Shown: one piece after another, positions 34,399 through 42,948 of the stretch
Position numbering within the stretch: position 1 is the first letter of the stretch
Layout: each line of letters opens with the position of its first letter
IMG/VR virus record: IMGVR_UViG_3300044515_000008
Span: 1 to 54,654 of that record
Reading direction: 5' to 3' (one strand)
From: a virus
Lineage: Duplodnaviria; Caudoviricetes
Length of the DNA: 54,654 bases
The notes under the pieces: generated by a model
Seen by the model: only the letters and a program-made list of their open reading frames with translations
Database searches by the model: none
What the model was told of the DNA's origin: nothing
Made by a program: the position numbers and the translations under genes

Positions 34399-35550
34399 TC
34401 AATGCCTTTCGAGGTTGTCCAGCCGTGACGCGTCTTCCCGGAACCGACGGAAAAGCCGGTAGATCGATGACGCACTAGGGGTGCCGATAACCGGCCGGAG
34501 AGTTTGCGGCCCCGACTTAGTCAGGGCGATATCGACTTCCCGCACAATCTCGCTTACCGGATCTATCGGGCCTTCGAGCTGAATACTGATTCGGTCGCCT
34601 AGCGCGTAGTCCACTCCATATACGCACGTGTTGATATCAACGGGCGTAATAGTGAGACCGGTCTTTTCGTTGTGCTGACTCTGATACGTCGTCCCGGCTT
34701 GCGTCAATTCGGCCGTGACCGTTGTTCCTTGGTTGTCCACGAAAGACTCACGGCGTCCCCACGTGATGATGCTCGCAGAGTCGGGAACCTCCACAATGGT
34801 GCGTGCCGTTCCGACGCCATCGCCGCCGACATAGACGTACGTTGTTTCCGGCGACTCGGACGTGTATTCCCACGCCTGCAAATTGCCGAGACCTTCCGAG
34901 AGAATGACAGTGGCGGACCGGTCCACCGGTAGGTACGTCTGGAATTCCAGCCCGCCACCGACTTGCGCCATCCGGAACCCCACGTTGCCCGCTATCGCGA
35001 GGGTCTGCATAAGGGTGAACAACAGGTCATAGCGCGCGCGGCCGGTGACGGTGGCGCCCACTATGGGGTCTGTCCCTATGGTGAGTCCGGGGAACCGGCG
35101 GGGCGATATGGCACCCGGCCCTATGTTGGCGTTCACATACCCGGCTAGGACAGTGGACGCCACACCGGTGCGCACGTCGTCGGCGGTGATCGTGTACGGG
35201 GGAAATGATTCCGTGGGGCTAGGGTGAGCTAGTGCCCTGTTGAAAACAACGTCGTCGGAATAGCCGGTGACGGACAGGGTTTCAATGTCGGTTCCGCTGT
35301 TGTGTTTGCGTGTGTGTATCTGCCCGGAAATCAGCGGCACTTGTGTACCGTTGGGCAGATTCATTACCGCTTCGATTCCCCAACCGGGTGTGCTTAGCCA
35401 CACGGCTTCTTTGCGGCGCCGGTCGACAACTACTTCCCACGTACCAATGTCGTTGAACCGTAGGGCGAATGTCGCCGACTGGTAATCCTCTATGTAGCCT
35501 TCGCGGCCGAGGGTGGCGTTACGCGCATAGATGACGTACTTATCCACCAT
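34399..35550 (-). CDS. Minor tail protein (ReqiPepy6 Gp37-like hub)
   Basis: RFNDIGTW, VGGDG.G.AR, RRESFVD, YGVDYALGD motifs. Confidence 0.85.
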   Translation of the reverse strand: MVDKYVIYARNATLGREGYIEDYQSATFALRFNDIGTWEVVVDRRRKEAVWLSTPGWGIEAVMNLPNGTQVPLISGQIHTRKHNSGTDIETLSVTGYSDDVVFNRALAHPSPTESFPPYTITADDVRTGVASTVLAGYVNANIGPGAISPRRFPGLTIGTDPIVGATVTGRARYDLLFTLMQTLAIAGNVGFRMAQVGGGLEFQTYLPVDRSATVILSEGLGNLQAWEYTSESPETTYVYVGGDGVGTARTIVEVPDSASIITWGRRESFVDNQGTTVTAELTQAGTTYQSQHNEKTGLTITPVDINTCVYGVDYALGDRISIQLEGPIDPVSEIVREVDIALTKSGPQTLRPVIGTPSASSIYRLFRRFREDASRLDNLERH

Positions 35551-35553
35551 GGC

Positions 35554-36408
35554 TCACACGCTCAAATACTTGCAACGGTAAGAGAACGAGATCTGAGAAG
35601 TGATCGGGTCTGCCCCCGACATAGTCAGACGGATGGCGTTGTTGCCGGGAACGAGCGACCACAATGCAGACGTTGCACTAAGAGCAGCAAAGACGTTCAG
35701 GCCATCTTGCATAACCACAGTCTTAGCCCCCGGCCGCGTATCAATGATGACGCTCTGGCCGGTGCCGATCGAGCCCGTACCAAAGTCCAGGTATAGGCCG
35801 GTTGTTAGATTGGCCGCATTGATCACGGAACCCGGGCCGGTAATTGTGATCAGTGGCCACGCGTCGAGGTCGCCCAGATTATCGATTGTCGTATCGACCA
35901 CAACTTGAGACGACGACAACCGCAATGGGAAGAATGGAAAAAAGTTCGGCAACGCGCCCGTGGTGAACACGGCGGACGTGTCGGCCACGTCCGCCCAATA
36001 CGGGTCATGCGCCCGGAACGTCACGGCCGCAATTTGCACCGTAGGCCCGGATGACTCCCCGAGCTTTTCCCCCACCTCTAAGCCGCTGGCGTAGCTACAG
36101 GTGATCTGCCGTAGGTCGCCGACGGGGGTTGTAAACACGATCGCACCCGGCCCACGGTGCGGGTCCATTTTGGTCACCAGGTCCCGCATGGCAAGCCGCA
36201 AAGACGGGCCGTCTGCTGCGGTAATCCACAGTGTCAGCATAAAGGTTCTGACATCGTGGCGTACCGCGCGCAAACGTAGGCCCGGCTGCTGCGGAATGCC
36301 GTCTTCCTCGAAAACGATAGGCGGCATGAATCGCCCGCTTACGTCCCACGAAACTTCAAGGTCGGTAGCGACGCCGTCCGCGTCAATCCACTGTGCTGTT
36401 TCCGTCAC
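35554..36408 (-). CDS. Distal tail protein (Dit)
   Basis: F.A.DPYW, N.GD..AWP.ITITGP, L.PG.N; follows the tape measure gene. Confidence 0.85.
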   Translation of the reverse strand: MTETAQWIDADGVATDLEVSWDVSGRFMPPIVFEEDGIPQQPGLRLRAVRHDVRTFMLTLWITAADGPSLRLAMRDLVTKMDPHRGPGAIVFTTPVGDLRQITCSYASGLEVGEKLGESSGPTVQIAAVTFRAHDPYWADVADTSAVFTTGALPNFFPFFPLRLSSSQVVVDTTIDNLGDLDAWPLITITGPGSVINAANLTTGLYLDFGTGSIGTGQSVIIDTRPGAKTVVMQDGLNVFAALSATSALWSLVPGNNAIRLTMSGADPITSQISFSYRCKYLSV

Positions 36409-39302
36409 GGCGCGTCCATTAGTTGCATACGTGCGAACTGTGCACGTAGGTCGATAGTGGAATTAGCGGCTTCGTAAACATTGAGCACGTAGGTGTTGCC
36501 ACCCTTGTTATTGGTAATGGCGTTCCACTGCTGCTTATTCAATATCGCTTCCGGCTCGGACGTCTCATTGAACCCGAACTGTCCCGGCTTAAGAATCCCA
36601 CCGTTGACGTAGCCGCCCGGCTTGTCCATTGCGTACTGCAAAGACGGGTAGCGATGGATAGCGTAATTGACGCCAGCGTAGATATTTGCCAGCGGGTTTA
36701 GGATTCCCGCGCCCACGAACGGACCGGCATAAGACGCGAACGTCGAAGGGATTGTTTGCATGAGCCCTTGCGAGGGGTGCCCCTGCTGCGCGTTTATGTC
36801 GGTGCGGTTAATGGCGTTAGGGTTACCGCCAGACTCTTGATTCATCCGGCGCAACACATTGGGCACCAGCGAAAGCGACTGGCCCAGCATGGTAAGGACT
36901 TCCGTTACTAGTGCCGTCCACTGTGCCGTGCCACCGATGCCGCCGCCGCCACCACTACCGCCACCGCCACCGCCGGAGAAAATCCCGGTCACCTTATCCT
37001 TAAGGAACTTGACCACATTGGTCAGGATCTTCCGTGGGATTTCAATGATGGTCTTACCCAACACGGTGCCTTCGAACTTTTGCACACCATCAAAGACTTT
37101 CCCGAACAGACCGGCAAGCGTCCCCAGTGGATCGTTGAGAAACCCGTTTACCGCCTTTGACCAATTCGTATCGTTAGCGGTTGTGGTGCCGCCACCACCG
37201 GGGTCTGAACGGTTCTGCCCGGAGTTGCTGTTGACGCCGTAGCCAACGGTGCCGCCCTGCGCAAAGACTTGACCGGCGTTAATGGCTTCCACTAGTGCGC
37301 GGTTCTGGGCGTAGGCACTGGCCTTGACTACGTATTCCCCATTGGACAGTGCGGCGAGGATCTTGTCATCGGTCGGCCCGCCCGGCCCATTGATCGGGCC
37401 ACCACTGGCAAGCTTGATCGGCTTAATCGGATTGACATGCAAGCTCGGATCGATTTTGTCTGCTAGCCAGTTCCATACGCGCAAGATGCCATCATTGAAT
37501 ACCGTCTCAATGATAAAGTTGATAGGCGCAACCGCAATCGCCTTTAGCCCATTCCAGATCTTCTCAATGGCGGACGACCCGGATTGGAAACTATCCTTGA
37601 CGCGGTCAATCCCAGACTTGAGTGCTTCGAACGCTGGCTTGATTACGTTGTCCCACACCCATTTAATGACGGCGCCGATACCCTGGAACGCGGGCTTGAA
37701 TACGTTCATCCACAAAAACGTGATGATGTTCATGATGCCGTTAAGCGCGGGGCCAATCGCGGTCTGCCAGAGCCATTTAAAAATTCCACCTATGAGCGTG
37801 AGGATCGGAAAGACAATCGTCTTCCAAATGCTCAGCAGCAACGCGCCGAAAACGCCGAGCAGTACGAAGATCAATCCGAAGATCGGCCGAATGAAGTACG
37901 TCCACATCGTGGATACGATTACGCCGATAGCGGTAAACGTCGGCTTGAGTACCGTGTTCCACACGCTAAAGAGGATCGTTCCGACCTTGACGAGAATCTG
38001 CATTAGCGTGGTAAGGACCGGCTTAAGATAGTCGTTCCACACGAGACCGACGTACTGGCCGATGATCGTAAACACGGGCTTAAGTACGTTGATCCAAAGC
38101 CAATTTGCTTTGTCGCCCACCCATTGGAACGCGAGAATGAGCGCGGCTAGCGCGGGCTTGATGTAGCTATTCCACGCGATAGAACAGGCTTCCTGTACCG
38201 CCTTAAACGCGGCCTGGCAGATCTCCCGGAACTTCTGGCAATGGTTGTACGCGTACACAAGCATGACCGCCAGCGCTATCAAAGCAACGATGATGATCAC
38301 GACAATGTTGCCGGACATAATGATTTTCCATGCCTGCATTGCGAGCGAGACACCTTTAATACCAGTGATCAACGCGGCGAAACTAGCGGCTGCTGTTTCA
38401 AGCCCAACGATGACAATGCGGTTCTTTTCAAGCCACTGGTAGGCGTCTTGTAGTACGGGCACTAGATCCTTTTTGAAGATCCCAGCGGCAAACGATACCT
38501 TCGGGGAAAGAACCTTCTCTACCGTGTGGGCTAGTCTCTCCACTGCTGGCAATAGGGATATCGTGATCCACGTGACGGCCGCGTCGAATGCCGGTAGTAG
38601 CATCTTTCCGATTCCCTCGGAAAGCTCTTGGAACGCTACGTGCATCTTTGCGGAACTCGTGGCCGATGCTCCGGCCATGCCGCCAAACTCTGTGTTCAGT
38701 TCCTTAAGGATTACCTTCTGCGCGGAGAGCGTATCGCCCTTGGCGACCAGCGCTTTAATCTCGTCTTTCTGTTGCGCGGTGAAACTCACACCGGCTTTTT
38801 GCAGGGCGGTGATTCCCTTAATGGGATCGTTGAGCGCCTTGCCCACCTGGATAACAGAACCTTGAAGATCCTTGCCCAGTGCCGCCGACATATCAAGCGC
38901 GGCTTGAGAACCCTGGTTGAAAACGTCGTTGCCCTTACCGGCTTCGTTGCGCACCTTGGTAAAGGTCAGCAGAACGTTTTCGCCGGACGTGATGGTTTGC
39001 TTGTCCACACCGGACTTGAGCGCCATTGACTTTGCGAGAGACTCGACCTGTTCGCCGGTAACCTTCGCGATACCGCCGGTCGATTCCAGTACGGCGTTAG
39101 TTTGCCGCGTAACCTTCTCGGCCTTCTCGGCGTCTTCGATGGCTTTCTTAAAGAACTCGATACCGCCGAGTGCGCCACCGACGGCGGCAACCCCGGTGAG
39201 CATCTTGGTAAATCCGTTGACCTTATCGCCGACTTCGTCAACGGACTTTTGCAGATTCTTGGTGTCACCGATGAAGCGGACTACGAGACTGCGATCCGTC
39301 AA
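36405..39302 (-). CDS. Tape measure protein with C-terminal lytic transglycosylase
   Basis: GKALNDPIKGITAL, W-spaced repeats, QESGGNPNAIN..D.N...G.PS.GLMQTI.STF. Confidence 0.93.
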   Translation of the reverse strand: MTDRSLVVRFIGDTKNLQKSVDEVGDKVNGFTKMLTGVAAVGGALGGIEFFKKAIEDAEKAEKVTRQTNAVLESTGGIAKVTGEQVESLAKSMALKSGVDKQTITSGENVLLTFTKVRNEAGKGNDVFNQGSQAALDMSAALGKDLQGSVIQVGKALNDPIKGITALQKAGVSFTAQQKDEIKALVAKGDTLSAQKVILKELNTEFGGMAGASATSSAKMHVAFQELSEGIGKMLLPAFDAAVTWITISLLPAVERLAHTVEKVLSPKVSFAAGIFKKDLVPVLQDAYQWLEKNRIVIVGLETAAASFAALITGIKGVSLAMQAWKIIMSGNIVVIIIVALIALAVMLVYAYNHCQKFREICQAAFKAVQEACSIAWNSYIKPALAALILAFQWVGDKANWLWINVLKPVFTIIGQYVGLVWNDYLKPVLTTLMQILVKVGTILFSVWNTVLKPTFTAIGVIVSTMWTYFIRPIFGLIFVLLGVFGALLLSIWKTIVFPILTLIGGIFKWLWQTAIGPALNGIMNIITFLWMNVFKPAFQGIGAVIKWVWDNVIKPAFEALKSGIDRVKDSFQSGSSAIEKIWNGLKAIAVAPINFIIETVFNDGILRVWNWLADKIDPSLHVNPIKPIKLASGGPINGPGGPTDDKILAALSNGEYVVKASAYAQNRALVEAINAGQVFAQGGTVGYGVNSNSGQNRSDPGGGGTTTANDTNWSKAVNGFLNDPLGTLAGLFGKVFDGVQKFEGTVLGKTIIEIPRKILTNVVKFLKDKVTGIFSGGGGGGSGGGGGIGGTAQWTALVTEVLTMLGQSLSLVPNVLRRMNQESGGNPNAINRTDINAQQGHPSQGLMQTIPSTFASYAGPFVGAGILNPLANIYAGVNYAIHRYPSLQYAMDKPGGYVNGGILKPGQFGFNETSEPEAILNKQQWNAITNNKGGNTYVLNVYEAANSTIDLRAQFARMQLMDAP

Positions 39303-39308
39303 GAGTGG

Positions 39309-39742
39309 TCACCTTCTCGATTCGATACCGCAGACGTTGCAGCCTTTAGAGTGCTGGTCATTGAGCGCGCGTAGAAGTGCGTCGTATTCCCATAGCATCA
39401 ATGCGCGTACGTCCAGAATGGACATTGCGTAGTGGCGGCCGAATAGGGCTACGTCAACGATGCGGGACTCTTGTCGCTTTCGTCGGTCCCGCTGGTCAAA
39501 GGGACGGGGGTTTCCTCGCCGTCCTGCTCGACCTCGACGCGCATCTTTCGCGCCTGCTCCATTGTGTACTTTGGGTCATCGCGTCGGCCGACCGCAAAGG
39601 CAGTGGCAACCATCATCTTGCCTTGCGGCTTATCCGTGTTTCCGAGCCAACCGATAGGCTGCCCCGAAAGGTCTTCGATCATTTCGATATCCCCGAGCGT
39701 TAGCTCGTCGGGCTTAATCTTTAGGACGTTGTCGCCGGTCAC
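39309..39742 (-). CDS. Tail assembly chaperone, extended form via -1 frameshift
   Basis: Slippery C-CCT-TTG at 39503-39497; the -1 frame stays open to TGA at 39309. Confidence 0.75.
39449..39742 (-). CDS. Tail assembly chaperone, short form
   Basis: LTLGDIEMIED.SG; position before the tape measure gene. Confidence 0.8.
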   Translation of the reverse strand: MTGDNVLKIKPDELTLGDIEMIEDLSGQPIGWLGNTDKPQGKMMVATAFAVGRRDDPKYTMEQARKMRVEVEQDGEETPVPLTSGTDESDKSPASLT

Positions 39743-40152
39743 TTGAAACCTACCCTTGCCGCTATTGTGTCAATGACCTTGCCCGCGTCTTCGTAAAACT
39801 TCTCACGGTGGGCGGTCACTGCTGGGAACATAAAAGGCTTAGGCACCATTGGCACCCACTTGTTCGTACCGAAGAGTGGGTGCCTGCCGCCGAACTCGTT
39901 TGGCCGCGCGGCTGGATCATTGTTGGTAATCATCGCGTCGCCAACGGACGTAACGCGGGCCTTCGTTGCCTTGGCCATCTTGCCGGTTTTCTTTGCCGCG
40001 CGGCCCTTGGCGTCTTCTGCGGTTTCCTTGGCTAGCTGTAGGAATGCTCTGCGGGATTCCTTGGCAGCGTCATTGCTAAATGCCCGCAAGTCGCGCATGA
40101 GCACGCGGATTTCCTCTTGCGTCGAAGGCGCAACACTGGCCCCACCGTGCAT
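39739..40152 (-). CDS. HK97 gp10-like tail completion protein
   Basis: KTG.M, EFGGRHP.FG, PFMFPAV motifs. Confidence 0.75.
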   Translation of the reverse strand: MHGGASVAPSTQEEIRVLMRDLRAFSNDAAKESRRAFLQLAKETAEDAKGRAAKKTGKMAKATKARVTSVGDAMITNNDPAARPNEFGGRHPLFGTNKWVPMVPKPFMFPAVTAHREKFYEDAGKVIDTIAARVGFK

Positions 40153-40165
40153 GCCGCCACCACCT

Positions 40166-41131
40166 TTACGGCGTGATATCCGTCGTCTGGTATTCGACCT
40201 TGATAGACAGGGTGCCGTTATCAATCACCTTGAACGGCAAAGCCTGCGTGACGATTGACGGCCCCGCGACCGTAGGGGTTTCCCCATCAAAGCGAACGTT
40301 CATCGTGATTTTGGTTTGGTACATGAAAGCGTTGGAGATCACCGCACCCGCGAACAAGAGCACCACCGTGGCTTCGGCGCCACTGATGAAACGGTTGTAG
40401 TTCGTGAGCCCGTTGAACTCTGTATCGAATGATCCGCTAAGGTCGCGCAACGCATTCTCTAGCGGCTGCTTACGGAAGACCGAACCGAGGAAATAGCGCT
40501 GGTCAGCGAGGTTGTTCGCACCCTTGAACGTAAGCCCGGTAACGTCACTGGCGACACCGCCAATTGTCACCGTTCCGTCAATGAAGCGGTAAGGCTTGTT
40601 GCCGGTCGGGTAAGACGCGACGGCGAGAGAGGTCGCCGTCAGTTCCTCTTGGCCAATGACGGTAACCTTCAAACCGGCAAAGTCGCCGACCTTGCAATCA
40701 AGGTCCCATTCTTTGATCCGGCATCCCTGATAGGTGAATGGCTGCGCGGTGTCGGTGATATCCGGCTTGGCAATCTGCGTAGTGAAAGACGTAGGCAACG
40801 GCCCCGGGGTGAACGTGTGCAGGTACACCAGCGGGTCTGTGGACACGGCGGGTTGTGTGGTGACCACCGTTCCAAGAGCCTGGTTAAACCAAAATCCCAT
40901 TCCCTTTGGGCGCATTTCCATATCCATCGAACCGGAGACGTCGACCTTGCCGAGTGCCCAGTTATCCGTTGTCAGAACATGCGACAACGAACGTAGGGAC
41001 TTGGATTCCATACGGTCCTGCGCACGCTTGAAACCTTCTGTGATGAAGTCATAGAACTTCGTCACGACAACGGGTGTCCCGTAGGTCGACTCAGCAACTA
41101 CGCCGACTTGCGCCTTATTAGAGACTGCCAT
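40166..41131 (-). CDS. Major tail (tube) protein
   Basis: GVVAESTYGT, Y.HTFTP, SFT.QI, F.Y.GC.I; synteny. Confidence 0.88.
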   Translation of the reverse strand: MAVSNKAQVGVVAESTYGTPVVVTKFYDFITEGFKRAQDRMESKSLRSLSHVLTTDNWALGKVDVSGSMDMEMRPKGMGFWFNQALGTVVTTQPAVSTDPLVYLHTFTPGPLPTSFTTQIAKPDITDTAQPFTYQGCRIKEWDLDCKVGDFAGLKVTVIGQEELTATSLAVASYPTGNKPYRFIDGTVTIGGVASDVTGLTFKGANNLADQRYFLGSVFRKQPLENALRDLSGSFDTEFNGLTNYNRFISGAEATVVLLFAGAVISNAFMYQTKITMNVRFDGETPTVAGPSIVTQALPFKVIDNGTLSIKVEYQTTDITP

Positions 41132-41312
41132 TGGCTACGCCTTCTTTTCGAATCGAGACAGCAGGCTTAGTCGTCGTCGAAAGCCACGCGTCTTGCTGCA
41201 CAAGCGTTAGCCCCACGTCGTCGGCAACCTCGATGGATTCACCGCGCTTGCAAGACACCGCGAGCGTGGGCACCTCGACCTCATCGTGAGGCCCTACGTA
41301 CTGGACATTCAA
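41118..41312 (-). CDS. Small virion-associated protein
   Basis: YVGPHDEVEVP....RGE.IEV; coupled to the tail tube gene. Confidence 0.65.
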   Translation of the reverse strand: MNVQYVGPHDEVEVPTLAVSCKRGESIEVADDVGLTLVQQDAWLSTTTKPAVSIRKEGVANGSL

Positions 41313-41323
41313 GGGGTATTCCT

Positions 41324-41614
41324 TTAGCTAGTAAGGTTAAGGATCAGCGTATTGACTGCCCCTTGAATGACGGCATCGGATGATGCGGCCGTAATCGCTG
41401 GCGCCGAGGCAAGCGCCCACGCGGCCGTATCTACCATTCCGTTGGGCGTAGTGAGAATGGCAAGCGCGATAGCCTGCCGCCTAACGAACGGATCTTTCAA
41501 TGCGGTACCGAGAGCTTCGCTGCGAATCCCGCGAGCTGCGGTCACCATTGCCATAGTCACCACGGCGCGAAAGTTTGGATCGATCGCTAGGGCCGCTTGC
41601 GTTGCGTAGCTCAT
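41324..41614 (-). CDS. Hypothetical protein, paralog of 46079-46387
   Basis: TGATG coupling; A.LA.D..F..., AW.LA..P.ITAAS.D..IQ..V. Confidence 0.7.
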   Translation of the reverse strand: MSYATQAALAIDPNFRAVVTMAMVTAARGIRSEALGTALKDPFVRRQAIALAILTTPNGMVDTAAWALASAPAITAASSDAVIQGAVNTLILNLTS

Positions 41615-42108
41615 CAGGCCGCGCTCAATCGCGCACGGCAAGCAACCTCGAATTGCACGCGGGCCGCCGCACCGTCCGACGTCTGCAATGGAGTGAACGC
41701 AATCCGGCCGGTGACTTGCGCCCACTGAACCGTGCCGCGTAGCTCGACGTCCGAATTAGGGACACCCGGCCGTATCATGCGTTCGACGGCGGCAACCATT
41801 CCAAAAGCGCGGTCACGTTCGGCTTTCATCACCTTATTACCGGACCGCGACACCGCTTCGCAAAAGATGGAAAAGTGTTCATCCTTTTCACGGCCTGGCA
41901 TGGTAATCCAATCCTGTGTCCCGTCGACTCCAGCGGCGCCCACGTCGGCAGGCACCGCGATACTCAGGAAAGTCTCATCCGATGGCGCTATGACGTACCA
42001 CCCGTCATAGACGGTGATCCCTTCGAGCGTGCCACCGACGACGGTCTGATCAGTACACATTCCCACGAGCGCATCGATGGCCGCCGGAATGGCGGACGAT
42101 TCAAACAT
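41614..42108 (-). CDS. Tail terminator-like protein
   Basis: S.IPAAIDALV, VYDG, RDRAF...AAVE; synteny. Confidence 0.7.
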   Translation of the reverse strand: MFESSAIPAAIDALVGMCTDQTVVGGTLEGITVYDGWYVIAPSDETFLSIAVPADVGAAGVDGTQDWITMPGREKDEHFSIFCEAVSRSGNKVMKAERDRAFGMVAAVERMIRPGVPNSDVELRGTVQWAQVTGRIAFTPLQTSDGAAARVQFEVACRARLSAA

Positions 42109-42942
42109 CTATCCCACCTTCGGCTCACGGGCGTACGGCAATAGCAATTCGATTGCCCGGTTAGGCAACGCGAAACCTAGGCCGGTTACTTGCGTGGTGT
42201 TGTCGTGTCGGGCGTCGACGTCGTCGACGAACGGGTGTAGCGATGGCAGTCCCATAGTCCCGTTCTGCACAGACCAAATATGTTTCAAGATGATGCGGCC
42301 CGCGTCGCGGATAGCGGACGGTGTCACCGTGCGACCGGCGGTGAACGTCACACGTAGCGGCCCCACGAAAGCGTTGCCGTCCAGACGAAGAATGATCCCT
42401 GTCCCTAGGTCCACGTCGAGCAAGCTCACGTCATACGCGGTGCCGCTCGTCAACACGGGCACAATGGATTGCACGGAAATGATGGGCGTCTCGCGAAGCA
42501 CGATCATCGATCCGGTGGCGTGAACTTCGGCGACCGTCTGCCGCACCACCGGCCCTACGATGAATTCCACGGCCGCCGTGGTCGACTCGATAAAATCGCG
42601 GACCTCGTCGTCGTGCAAGTGGTTCGACAGATTCAGCGTGGCTTTCGCATCGCTCAAAGAGAAGAGCAACGGCGGCGCAATGTCGCGCACATCGAACGCG
42701 TCCGTGTGTGCGGACTGCGGACCGCTCGACGTCCACCGGACTCTGTACCGCCCGGCCGTCACTGGCGAATAATCGACCTCGTAAGTTCCGGTGACTAGCG
42801 GAGGATTGCTCACCGTCGGAACGGCGGTAGTCCCGTCTGGCAGCGTCACCGTGAGCGTGATCGTGTCGACGTTCGTTGGCTGGTCAAAGATATCCGTGAC
42901 AGAAACAGTCAGCGGCACGGCGTCGCCGAGATCAAAGGGCAT
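42109..42942 (-). CDS. Head-tail adaptor with N-terminal Ig-like domain
   Basis: TVTLPDGT..TG.Y...GRY.VRW Ig-like region, then SLSDAKA.LN...LPNRA.ELL.PY gp6-like region. Confidence 0.8.
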   Translation of the reverse strand: MPFDLGDAVPLTVSVTDIFDQPTNVDTITLTVTLPDGTTAVPTVSNPPLVTGTYEVDYSPVTAGRYRVRWTSSGPQSAHTDAFDVRDIAPPLLFSLSDAKATLNLSNHLHDDEVRDFIESTTAAVEFIVGPVVRQTVAEVHATGSMIVLRETPIISVQSIVPVLTSGTAYDVSLLDVDLGTGIILRLDGNAFVGPLRVTFTAGRTVTPSAIRDAGRIILKHIWSVQNGTMGLPSLHPFVDDVDARHDNTTQVTGLGFALPNRAIELLLPYAREPKVG

Positions 42943-42948
42943 ACCCGG

